Positions 1 through 9,042 of a stretch of 62,676 nt of DNA are shown here, in pieces. Made by a program: the position numbers and the translations under genes. Source of the stretch: Methylococcales bacterium (GTDB lineage: Bacteria; Pseudomonadota; Gammaproteobacteria; Methylococcales; Methylomonadaceae); NCBI GenBank assembly GCA_003584865.1, contig QVQE01000108.1, positions 1 through 62,676 of the forward strand. The letters run 5' to 3'. Below the pieces are notes generated by a model. It had not been told where the DNA came from. It did not search any database and saw only the letters and a list, made by a program, of their open reading frames with translations. How positions within the stretch are numbered: position 1 is the first letter of the stretch; each line of letters begins with the position of its first letter.

Positions 1-1
1 T

Positions 2-2089
2 CTTCCAGAAAACGATACAGACTATAAGCGCTCCAACAATATACCAAGGTTGGTGCTTACATTTTAAATAAGCAAATTTCACCCTCCTTCGAAACCACGA
101 ACTAACAAAGCATAAAAAGCCTATTCCTACTGTCAACGAAAGTATCTGTAACACGACATTGTTATTTGTAAGGTTGCTTTTGGGATTGACGAAGGGTGGT
201 TGTACGGTATTTTTGCATTCTCCTTCGACATCTTGCCAGGTACATTTCGGATTGTTAGGCTCAGTTTCTCCGATGTCATTATTGAGTTTTAATCGTATCG
301 GGCTGTGACGTCCAATTTCAAACAGGAGAGGGGAAGGTGTATTGATGAACTGTTTTTTTTCATCGGTCTGCGCTAGCGTCATCGGCTTCTGTTCAGTGAT
401 CTCAATGTTATTAACCAACATCTGAGTCGCCAAAAATAAAGCAGTTTGGTAAGTGTCCCGGAAAGGAGGGATAGTGCCTTGCAATTCGGGGCGCAGTTTA
501 AGATCAAAGGCTGAAGCGACTAGCATGTTGTGTGTTTGATGCCATTTAGTCGGGTGATAGTAAGCGGCATCAAGATCGGTTGTAAAAAATAGTTTGTGTT
601 TAAAGTAGGGGCGCAACGCCTCTAAAATCATAAATTTGTCGCGGACATCAGACCCCAATACGCCAATTACGGTAATCCCTTTCGAATCTCCTTCATCTAT
701 AATTTTTTGATCAAGATCACGGATGTATTCTGATAGTCTACGTAAATAATCTTTCTGATTTCGTCCTTCAGGGAGTTCAAGTGCTTTAGCCGACTCTGAC
801 TTATCTGGTTCTTTGGTATCTGATTTCTTCTCGGCTGAATCAGCTTCTTTTTCGCTCTTATCGGCTTTCTCGCTCTTATCAGGCAATTTACCGTCCAGCC
901 CTCGCATGTAGCTAAATCGACTGATTACTTGATCAGGATCTTGGAGATTATTTTTAAGCGCCCAAGCTGATTTAAATGCCTTAGAGATAGAGCGACCATA
1001 AAGGGTGTCCCATTCAGATAAGATAACGATATGATCTGTTTTCTGAATTCGATGTAAAGTAGCCAATTCGTTTGCCATTGCCTGCATCATTTCCGCATCG
1101 GTAGAAGTTGTTCGATAAAACGTTATCCCATGCCGTAAATAAGCTTGGACAGTTTGATGGTCTACATCTTCTTTAGGGAGAACCTTTAGCAACAAGCCCT
1201 CATCAGCCGTTGCCGCAGCGGAATAATAGGTAATGGGCTTAGTATTAATTTTCCCCAATTCATTATCTTTGTTATCTTTAACCTCTTTCAACAAATCTTC
1301 TAGCAATGTTGAGGAGTTTGGACCGAGTACTGCATAATTAAATTCGGCAGCATTTTTATTATCCGAATCCTCTTTCCGTATATTCGCTAATGCTATGACG
1401 TTTGAATCTAGCGATGCAACAGCAATATCGGAGTTTGTTAATTTATTTAACGTTTCATTATCCGGGATTGTTCGAGATAGTATGTCTTTTAACGTGGCGG
1501 CAGGATTTTTTCTGAGGCTTGATTCATTAATCCATAATAGCAATACTTTTTTATCCTTATCTTTGTCTTTGTGCTCATCCTTATCTTTTGACCACCACTC
1601 AAAAGCTATTTTTGTTGGGAGTGTAGAGTTACTATTAGACGGCTTCTCCTTATTGGGTATTGATGCTTCAAAGTAACCAATATGCTGCTCATCCACAGGG
1701 TTATACATCTGATTAGCTAAGGCCGAAAGTACCGCATACCGCCATCGCATTCTACTCTCAGCCGCTTCTTGATAAGGGCTACCCGGTAGGGTGACAGCGA
1801 TAACAGTGACCTGATCTTCATCAGGGTTAATAGGATTACCTTTATAAATCTGCTCGGGTTTATGGATATCATCTTTGTTATCTACAGCTTCGAATGGATC
1901 TTGCCACAGGCGTGCATTTATATCCTGCGCAGCTTCGTACTGTTGTAGTTTTAAAGGGTTGCCCGGGGGGCGATCATCATGAAAAGGGGATGGTGTGAAC
2001 ATAGCAAAGCTGGCCAGCAGGGCTAATACAGCCGTTATGGGCACTGCGCCAGTTAAGCCGTTACTTTCAGTTTTCTTTTCGTCTGCCAT
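2..2089 (-). CDS. Large uncharacterised membrane-anchored protein, 3' end outside the window (>=696 aa)
   Basis: Absent from the ORF track, apparently because its stop lies outside the window. ATG at 2089 gives MADEKKTESNGLTGAVPITAVLALLASFAMF (hydrophobic anchor). Same-frame segments read by hand: ARLWQDPF, ILSEWDTLYGR, FSYMRGLDGKLP, IGVLGSDVRDK, FFTTDLDA, PPFRDTYQTALF. Confidence 0.8.
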   Translation of the reverse strand, partial: MADEKKTESNGLTGAVPITAVLALLASFAMFTPSPFHDDRPPGNPLKLQQYEAAQDINARLWQDPFEAVDNKDDIHKPEQIYKGNPINPDEDQVTVIAVTLPGSPYQEAAESRMRWRYAVLSALANQMYNPVDEQHIGYFEASIPNKEKPSNSNSTLPTKIAFEWWSKDKDEHKDKDKDKKVLLLWINESSLRKNPAATLKDILSRTIPDNETLNKLTNSDIAVASLDSNVIALANIRKEDSDNKNAAEFNYAVLGPNSSTLLEDLLKEVKDNKDNELGKINTKPITYYSAAATADEGLLLKVLPKEDVDHQTVQAYLRHGITFYRTTSTDAEMMQAMANELATLHRIQKTDHIVILSEWDTLYGRSISKAFKSAWALKNNLQDPDQVISRFSYMRGLDGKLPDKSEKADKSEKEADSAEKKSDTKEPDKSESAKALELPEGRNQKDYLRRLSEYIRDLDQKIIDEGDSKGITVIGVLGSDVRDKFMILEALRPYFKHKLFFTTDLDAAYYHPTKWHQTHNMLVASAFDLKLRPELQGTIPPFRDTYQTALFLATQMLVNNIEITEQKPMTLAQTDEKKQFINTPSPLLFEIGRHSPIRLKLNNDIGETEPNNPKCTWQDVEGECKNTVQPPFVNPKSNLTNNNVVLQILSLTVGIGFLCFVSSWFRRRVKFAYLKCKHQPWYIVGALIVCIVFWK

Positions 2090-2135
2090 AACATTTCCTC
2101 TAAGTTCTATAACGATTGCGTCAAAAAATATTATC

Positions 2136-5100
2136 TTAACGGCACAGCCAAACTCTAATTAAAGACAGTAACCGGTCTTGATCAACCGGTTTGGTTAAAT
2201 AATCCGAGGCACCCGCATCGATGCATTTCTTTCTGTCTTCTTTCATGGCCTTAGCAGTTAAGGCAATAATAGGCAGATTCGTAAATTGGGGTAGTGCACG
2301 GATGGCGCGAGAGGCCTCATAACCATCCATAATCGGCATCATCAGATCCATTAAAACCAGATCAACATCAGGGTGTTTATTAAGTACGCTCAAGGCTTTT
2401 TCACCATTATCGGCCTTAAGAATGATTAAGCCATGTTCAGCCAAAATCTTGGACATTGCAAACATAGTTCGCATATCATCTTCAACGATCAGTACCTTTC
2501 GAGCATTTAGGTGTTCATCAGATTCATGGAGGTGTTGTATCACTCTTTTTTTATCTTCAGGTAAGTCTTTGATCACTCGATGTAAAAATAAGGCCACTTC
2601 ATCAATCAGACGCTCTTGAGAACGCACATCTTTAAGAATAATTGAGTTTGCATAGTTTCGCAAAGCCGTTTCCTCTTCGCGTGTTAATTCCCGAACCGTG
2701 TAGACAATGACGGGGGGCATATTGATTTTTTCTTTAGCGATAATGTTTAATAGTTCCATGCCCTGTATATCAGGTAAACCAAGGTCTAGAATAATTAAAG
2801 AAAAAGAGCGTTCACGGATGAGTTGTAACGCTTTTTCTCCTGTATCTACTTCTTCAACGATCACATTTTCTGAACCAATACTTTGCACAGTTTCACGTCT
2901 GGTTAACTCATCATCCTCGACGACTAACACTCGCTTTTCAGACGATGAAGAGGCTTCTTCCAAGCGTGTTAATATCATTTCTATATCTTCGCGACGCACA
3001 GGTTTTCGGACGTGACCAATAGCACCCACACGTAAGCCTTCTATCGTTGGATCTTCTGAGGATAAAATATGTACAGGAATATGTCGGGTATCGACATTTT
3101 GTTTAAGCTGAGTCAGCACTTCCCAGCCGTCCATTTTAGGTAAGTGTAAGTCCAGTACAATACTATCGGGTTTATAGTCTTTGGCTAGTTGCAAGCCTTC
3201 TTCGCCCGTTAAGGCCAATAAACATTTAAAGCCTCTTTCTCGGCCAATAGTAGCCAGAATTTTTGCGAAGCGAAGGTCGTCTTCAATGGTTAAAAGTACT
3301 CTATCATTGAGCTGAATGTTATTTCTATCATCTTCAACGATAGAAGGCGTTGGCGTTATAACATTAGCTGATTCAATTGTTTTATGGGTATAAGAAACAG
3401 GTGGAATGTATGTTTTTAGCGTGTCAGATCGTGTAATCTTAGGTTCTTGTGAGGGGAGGTCTTTAAGATTGTGTGCTGCAAAGGGAATGTAAATACTAAA
3501 GACGGAGCCTTGTCCCTGTTCGCTGACTAATTGAATTTCACCCCCTAAAAGATTAACCAATTCACGAGAAATGGATAAGCCTAGACCGGTACCCCCGAAA
3601 CGTCTTCGATCGCCTGAGTCGGCTTGTTGAAAAGCTTCAAAAATTATTTTTTGCTTGTCTAATGGGATACCGATACCCGTATCCGTTACTTTAATCGCTA
3701 AGGCTTTGCTGGGATCTAATTGACTGCGAGATAAATCAATCGTGTTAGGCACTAATTCAAATACGATTGAGATAGAGCCATTTTCCGTAAATTTTAGGGC
3801 ATTGCCTACCAGATTGTTTATCACTTGTCCCAGGCGTTGAGCATCCGTTATGATGGAGTCAGGCAGACCTTTTTCACTTGTTATATTTAACTCAAGGCCT
3901 TGATTCTTTGCCATGAGGCCAAACTGAACAGAGATAGTCCTTATTAATTCGTTTATCTCTACGGGCTGTATTCTTAATTCCATTTTACCCGATTCAATTT
4001 TCGATAGATCCAAAATATCATTGATCAGGTTTAACAGGTCACTACCACTGTCGTAAATAACACTGGCTGTCTCAACCTGGTCTTCTGTTAGATTCCCTGA
4101 TTTATTTTCATGTAATGAACGAGCCAATAATAACAGGCTATTTAAAGGTGTGCGTAATTCATGAGACATATTGGCTAAGAACTCAGATTTGTATTTACTC
4201 GCTAAAGTGAGTTCTTCTGCTTGTAGTGTTAAGCTGCGTCTTGCTTGTTCATTAACTTCTTTTTGTTGCTCAAGCAAAACATTTTTGCTTTTAAGTTCAT
4301 CATTCGCAAGCTCCAATTCTTCCTGTTGAGCCTTAAGTTCTGCATTGGTAACTTCCAATTCTTCCTGCTGAGCTTTAAGTTCAACTTCAGAATCTTTCAC
4401 CCGTTGCATTTGGATTTCTAATTCAGCATTAATATTTTGTAATTCTATTTGTTGTGCTCTAAGCTCTTGTTGAGACTGTTCGACCACTCTGGCTTGCGCT
4501 TCAAGCTCATCGTTAGTGGCTTGTAACTCTTCTTGTTGTAAAGTCATGAGTGTCTTTGCTTCGGCGATTTCAAAGGCTAAGGCAGTGACTTCAGCGACTT
4601 GATTTAAATAGTCGAGTTGAATTTTGGTTAAAGGGTGTAAAGAACCCACCTCTAAAACTCCCCGTAAATCTTTGTCAAAAATAATCGGTGTTACACAAAT
4701 ATTTCGGGGGGTGGTTTCTCCAAGGCCAGAAACAATGTGAATATAGTCCTCAGGTGTATTTTGTAACAGGATTTGTTTACGTTCTAAGGCGGCTTGTCCA
4801 ACCAGGCCTTCTCCAAGCTTAAATTTACTTGATAAGTTTTTACGTTCCGTATAGGCGTAGGTACCCAGTAATGTTAATTCCAGGTCTTTATTGTGTCCAT
4901 TAGCGACATAAATAACGCCAATCTTTGCATCAATATAGTTGGCAATTTCACTAATAACTTTTGATGCCAGGTAGGTTTTATCGTCTTGTCCAAGAATAAT
5001 CTGGTTTATTTTAGCCATCCCGGTCTTTAACCAGTTTTGGTTGTCGTTATTGACTTTAGTGTTTTTTAAGGCGGTTTGCATTTGTGAAATAGAGCGGTTC

Positions 5101-5828
5101 AAATGACTTATTTCGTCGTTGCTATTGATAGGGATGACTACATCTAACTGGCCGTTGGTAATTTTTTGAGTGATTTCAACCAATCTTGTCACATTTGAGA
5201 CTAAGATTTTACAGTAATGTAAAATACAGATTGCGAGTAATAATTTAATAATAAGAAAGACAATAATGGCAAGGCTATTAACTTGATAGTGATTTTGCGA
5301 CGCAGTGTATTCTTGCCTGGCAACATCTAATTGAATTTGAATGAGTTGATTAATATCTTCTTCAACAGCCGAAAACAAAGGTCTTATCGTTGTTTTAATG
5401 ACAGTATCTGCGACTGAATTGCCGCTGCGTAAGCGTTCAATAGCTGAATTTAAGCCTTCTTGAATAAGGTGTTGGTTGTCCTTTTCAAATTGACGGGCTA
5501 TTATTTTTTCTTCTTCAGTCGCTTTAGTTGAGCGATATTCGACCCATAATCGGTCTATATCAATAAGATTACCCTCAATGAGGTCAATATTTTTTAGAGT
5601 TTCTTCTTTTAAAAGCAATGAGTTTTCGATAGTGAGTCGATTAACTAACAATTTAGCTTTTATTTTAGCGAGTTGATCAATACACATCATTCGATCATGA
5701 TAGACCGTTTCTAAACTGTCATTAGACTGTTTCATTCCAAATAGACTCATTCCGCCCGTCATTATTGAAAATAAAGACATCAAGCATACGACCAGAAACA
5801 AGCCTTTGATATTTAAATTAGTTAGCAT
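2136..5828 (-). CDS. Membrane hybrid sensor histidine kinase (MCP-like 4-helix sensor, HAMP, GAF, coiled coil, HisKA, HATPase, three REC domains)
   Basis: Two TM segments; H-box FLANMSHELRTPLN; N-box NLVGNALKFT; G-boxes DTGIGI and GGTGLGL; three C-terminal receivers (VLDLHLP, ILDLGLP, LMDLMMP). Confidence 0.93.
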   Translation of the reverse strand: MLTNLNIKGLFLVVCLMSLFSIMTGGMSLFGMKQSNDSLETVYHDRMMCIDQLAKIKAKLLVNRLTIENSLLLKEETLKNIDLIEGNLIDIDRLWVEYRSTKATEEEKIIARQFEKDNQHLIQEGLNSAIERLRSGNSVADTVIKTTIRPLFSAVEEDINQLIQIQLDVARQEYTASQNHYQVNSLAIIVFLIIKLLLAICILHYCKILVSNVTRLVEITQKITNGQLDVVIPINSNDEISHLNRSISQMQTALKNTKVNNDNQNWLKTGMAKINQIILGQDDKTYLASKVISEIANYIDAKIGVIYVANGHNKDLELTLLGTYAYTERKNLSSKFKLGEGLVGQAALERKQILLQNTPEDYIHIVSGLGETTPRNICVTPIIFDKDLRGVLEVGSLHPLTKIQLDYLNQVAEVTALAFEIAEAKTLMTLQQEELQATNDELEAQARVVEQSQQELRAQQIELQNINAELEIQMQRVKDSEVELKAQQEELEVTNAELKAQQEELELANDELKSKNVLLEQQKEVNEQARRSLTLQAEELTLASKYKSEFLANMSHELRTPLNSLLLLARSLHENKSGNLTEDQVETASVIYDSGSDLLNLINDILDLSKIESGKMELRIQPVEINELIRTISVQFGLMAKNQGLELNITSEKGLPDSIITDAQRLGQVINNLVGNALKFTENGSISIVFELVPNTIDLSRSQLDPSKALAIKVTDTGIGIPLDKQKIIFEAFQQADSGDRRRFGGTGLGLSISRELVNLLGGEIQLVSEQGQGSVFSIYIPFAAHNLKDLPSQEPKITRSDTLKTYIPPVSYTHKTIESANVITPTPSIVEDDRNNIQLNDRVLLTIEDDLRFAKILATIGRERGFKCLLALTGEEGLQLAKDYKPDSIVLDLHLPKMDGWEVLTQLKQNVDTRHIPVHILSSEDPTIEGLRVGAIGHVRKPVRREDIEMILTRLEEASSSSEKRVLVVEDDELTRRETVQSIGSENVIVEEVDTGEKALQLIRERSFSLIILDLGLPDIQGMELLNIIAKEKINMPPVIVYTVRELTREEETALRNYANSIILKDVRSQERLIDEVALFLHRVIKDLPEDKKRVIQHLHESDEHLNARKVLIVEDDMRTMFAMSKILAEHGLIILKADNGEKALSVLNKHPDVDLVLMDLMMPIMDGYEASRAIRALPQFTNLPIIALTAKAMKEDRKKCIDAGASDYLTKPVDQDRLLSLIRVWLCR

Positions 5829-5935
5829 AATGAGGTGTTACTCCTTTGACTCTATCTGTTTAACAGGCTGTTTTAAATCGTCATGGTATTTTTTGAGTGT
5901 TATGCCTACCCAGACACGATCAAATTCTGAATGGA
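5754..5935. repeat. ~182-bp imperfect direct repeat, copy A (partner 8860-9042)
   Basis: Contains the real start of the 1230-aa kinase plus a decayed copy of the HD-GYP gene 3' end. Confidence 0.93.
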
Positions 5936-5958
5936 CTCAAAAATAAATACTTTCTTGA

Positions 5959-5992
5959 ATAAATAATAACATGGTGCATAATTATGCGCTAA
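5959..5992 (-). promoter_or_regulatory. 34-bp repeated promoter/operator-like motif, copy 1 (partner 8678-8711)
   Basis: ATAAATAATAACATGGTGCATAATTATGCGCTAA, 30/34 identical to copy 2. On the minus strand it has an extended -10-like TGtTATTAT preceded by the palindrome GCATAATTATGC. Confidence 0.5.
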
Positions 5993-6060
5993 CATGAGCG
6001 GCGGAAATGGCGGTGATCCAGGTAACTGGGCATTTTTACCCAACTTTTATTACGCTAAGG

Positions 6061-6285
6061 CCATTACGGACTCGATACATCTCTGATAATAATCGCATTT
6101 GGATGTCACTCGGTGCCAACTATAAGCTATGATCCAGCAGCAGCTTTGACGCAGGCTATACGCACATCTTTATTAACAATGCCACGATAAATCAAGGTGC
6201 GGTAGGCACAATAACAGGCCAGGTTCAAGGCAGCTACAACAGCAGCATAGACGTTATCAGTGTTCAGTACACGCATACTTTTTAA
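6061..6285 (+). pseudogene. 3' remnant of a FadL/OmpP1-type outer-membrane transporter gene
   Basis: Translates PLRTRYISDNNRIWMSLGANYKL*SSSSFDAGYTHIFINNATINQGAVGTITGQVQGSYNSSIDVISVQYTHTF*. It has amphipathic beta strands, a terminal Phe, an internal TGA at 6130-6132 and no 5' part. Confidence 0.7.
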
Positions 6286-6313
6286 ACATAAACATGATAG
6301 GTCACTGGGGCTA

Positions 6314-8590
6314 TTAGCCCAATTTATCAATCAAGAGAGTCATTAACTGGCTTGTGATAATAGGTTTGGTTATATAATCATCCATTCCCGCAGCCAGGCA
6401 TTTGTCTCGTTCGCCTTCCAGCGCATTTGCTGTCAGTGCAATCACGGTTTGATGCGATAAGTTTTGATGGGATTCTAATAAGCGCAGTTCTCTGGTTGCG
6501 GTGTAGCCATCCATAACCGGCATGTGGCAATCCATAAAGACCAAATCATACCGGCACTGTTTTAATTTATCGAGGGCAAGCAGACCATTCTCAACTACAT
6601 CGGGAACAATGTTGTATTTTCTCAGTTTGGCAACAATCACTTTTTGATTGATTTTGTTATCCTCTACAATGAGTACTTTTTTGTTTTGATAATTGGGCAG
6701 ATTTGTTTCTGGTTCAGCATTGACTACTGTGCTTGGCTTACGTCCTAGTAGGGCATTAAAAATGGCATCGTAAAGCTGCATTTGTCGCAAGGGTTTAAAC
6801 AGGCGTTGGATAATGCCGGTACCTTGATAGTCAGCGGGCTCAATCTGGTTATCGGATGATAATAAAATAATAGGCAGGTGGGTTAAGGCAGGTATCTGAG
6901 TGAGACATTTCGCCAAGGTTAATCCATCCATTGCCGGCATTTGCATATCCAGTAAAATGAGATCGTAGACTATACCCTGAAGAGTTGAAGTTTGTAGTTG
7001 CATGAGTGCAGCGCTGCCACTATCAGCTTCACTGACCACCAATCCCCAGCTACTTAGATAAGTGTTCAGAATGTTACGATTCGTTGCATTATCATCCACG
7101 ATCAATATGCGTTTATCGGAGAGATCATTAAAGGGTAGTGAAATATTAGAGTCATCTGATTCGCTTTTTGTTAGAGGCAAGGAAAACCAAAAACAGGAGC
7201 CTTTGCCAGTAATGCTGCTGGCACCAATGGTTCCCCCCATGAGTTCTACTAACTTTTTACTGATGGATAGCCCTAAACCAGAACCACCAAAACAGCGTGA
7301 AGTTGCACTATCAGCTTGAACAAAAGGCTCGAATAGGCGTGATAAGGTAGATTCAGAAATGCCAATGCCGGTATCATGTATTTCAAAACGTAATTGATCG
7401 ACGTTATTTGCGGCCAGCGACTGGATGATACTCACCGTCACTTCACCCTGCTCAGTAAATTTAACGGCATTACTGATTAAATTGGATAACACCTGCCGGA
7501 TACGCATGGGGTCACCCCGCCAGCGCAGCGGCATGCCGGTAGGTAATTGACAATTTAACTCCAGTCCTTTAGAGAAAGCGCGGTTGGATGATAAGATACA
7601 GACATCCTCGACTAAATCGACCAGATTAAAGTCAACGTGTTCCACTTCAAGTTTGTCGGCTTCTAATTTGGTTAAATCCAGAATATCATTGATTATTTCC
7701 AGTAAAGCCTGCCCTGAGCTGTGAGCCGTTTTAACCCAATCCAGTTGGGCCTGTGACATAGAGGTTTCACTGAGCAAATCCAGCATCCCTAAAACGCCAT
7801 TCATCGGAGTGCGGATTTCATGGCTCATATTAGCCAGGAATTCGGATTTTATTCGAGTGGCTTCCTCGGCCATTTCTTTGGCTTCTTCAGCTATCTCTTT
7901 AGCTTTCAGTAAGTCGGTTTCGACTTGAGTACGGAAGCTAATCTCATTCGAAAGTTCTTGAGCCTTTCTATTCAGTGTTGCTTCTCGTTCTGTAGCCTCA
8001 AGGCGTAGTACAATATTCTCAGAGATATTGCGATTGATGTAACGCAAACTCATCACTAAAAAACCCAGATAGAGTGTAGACGCTAAGCTCATTGCCAGGT
8101 AAAAACTTTCACCAACAAGCGTCAAGCGGATAATACAGGGCGTCAGTGCTAATACTGAAAATGACAGGGCGCTGACGATATCGGAGGCATATGAAGTGAC
8201 GCCGCCAGCAGTTAAGCCGGCCAACATAAAGATCAGGAACATCTGATTCTGTGGGTAATCAACAGGAAACAACAAAACGCCTGCTGCCCCCCATGTCAAA
8301 CCTGTAATCAAAATACCCAGACGAAATCTAAGCAGCCAGTGATGAGTTTCGGCCTTAATATCGGTCGAGGCACGTTGATAAGCCAAAATAAGCAGGGTTC
8401 GTGAAACCATGATCAAGGTAATCAAGGAAAGCCAGGCAACGATGACAGTCGGGTTGATGACATTTCTCTGCACAAAAGCTAGAATCGCTGCAAGAATGAC
8501 GCTGGTAACTAACGGTAGAAAGTTAACAGCATACAATTGGTTAAGCTGTTCGAATTGTATCGCAGTTTTTTTGTCCAGATTATTCATCAC
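6314..8590 (-). CDS. Multi-TM hybrid sensor histidine kinase with two REC domains
   Basis: N-terminal hydrophobic helices; FLANMSHEIRTPMNG; NLISNAVKFT; GGSGLGL; receivers LLDMQMP and FMDCHMP. Confidence 0.92.
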   Translation of the reverse strand: MMNNLDKKTAIQFEQLNQLYAVNFLPLVTSVILAAILAFVQRNVINPTVIVAWLSLITLIMVSRTLLILAYQRASTDIKAETHHWLLRFRLGILITGLTWGAAGVLLFPVDYPQNQMFLIFMLAGLTAGGVTSYASDIVSALSFSVLALTPCIIRLTLVGESFYLAMSLASTLYLGFLVMSLRYINRNISENIVLRLEATEREATLNRKAQELSNEISFRTQVETDLLKAKEIAEEAKEMAEEATRIKSEFLANMSHEIRTPMNGVLGMLDLLSETSMSQAQLDWVKTAHSSGQALLEIINDILDLTKLEADKLEVEHVDFNLVDLVEDVCILSSNRAFSKGLELNCQLPTGMPLRWRGDPMRIRQVLSNLISNAVKFTEQGEVTVSIIQSLAANNVDQLRFEIHDTGIGISESTLSRLFEPFVQADSATSRCFGGSGLGLSISKKLVELMGGTIGASSITGKGSCFWFSLPLTKSESDDSNISLPFNDLSDKRILIVDDNATNRNILNTYLSSWGLVVSEADSGSAALMQLQTSTLQGIVYDLILLDMQMPAMDGLTLAKCLTQIPALTHLPIILLSSDNQIEPADYQGTGIIQRLFKPLRQMQLYDAIFNALLGRKPSTVVNAEPETNLPNYQNKKVLIVEDNKINQKVIVAKLRKYNIVPDVVENGLLALDKLKQCRYDLVFMDCHMPVMDGYTATRELRLLESHQNLSHQTVIALTANALEGERDKCLAAGMDDYITKPIITSQLMTLLIDKLG

Positions 8591-8677
8591 TTATGATCTC
8601 GGCCCCAAACTGTGGAAATAATGGCCGTGGACTACGGTCTGCAGGGATTTTAAGGGCATCTTTTTGATGGCTTATGT

Positions 8678-8711
8678 ATAAATAATAACATGACGCATAT
8701 TGATGCGCTAA
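8678..8711 (-). promoter_or_regulatory. 34-bp repeated promoter/operator-like motif, copy 2
   Basis: ATAAATAATAACATGACGCATATTGATGCGCTAA, about 90 bp upstream of the 758-aa kinase start. Confidence 0.5.
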
Positions 8712-8859
8712 TGCCCAAGTTCGATAAACTTAAAATACCTATCTTATCAGCCTAAACTGATTATTATTTTTGATCGCTTGAACGAAGTTATGCTATCTGG
8801 TTTAGATTGTGGTTTATTTTTAGGCGATACAAATCCATCTGGCAAACTAGAATCAGCGT

Positions 8860-9042
8860 GCCTGTCATCATTGAAAATAAAGACATCAAGCATACGATCA
8901 GAAACAAGCCTTTGATATTTAAATTAGTTAGCATGATGATGTGTTACTCCTTTGGCTCTACCTTGTTCATCAGGCTGTTTTAAAGCGTCATGGTATTTTT
9001 TGAGTGTTATGTCTACCCAGACACGATCAAATTCTGAATGGA
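8860..9042. repeat. ~183-bp imperfect direct repeat, copy B
   Basis: Real HD-GYP 3' end overlapping a stub of the first ~25 codons of the 1230-aa kinase (MLTNLNIKGLFLIVCLMSLFSMMTG, ATG at 8934). Confidence 0.93.

Noticed and set aside
5959-5992. dif/Xer-like or attC-like site (minus strand TTAGCGCATAA...CATGTTATT)
   Set aside because: Only the XerC-like arm partly matches; spacer length and the XerD arm do not fit. There is no attC-type inverted core and no integrase.
6127-6330. 67-aa minus-strand ORF
   Set aside because: It is the antisense of the FadL-type remnant.
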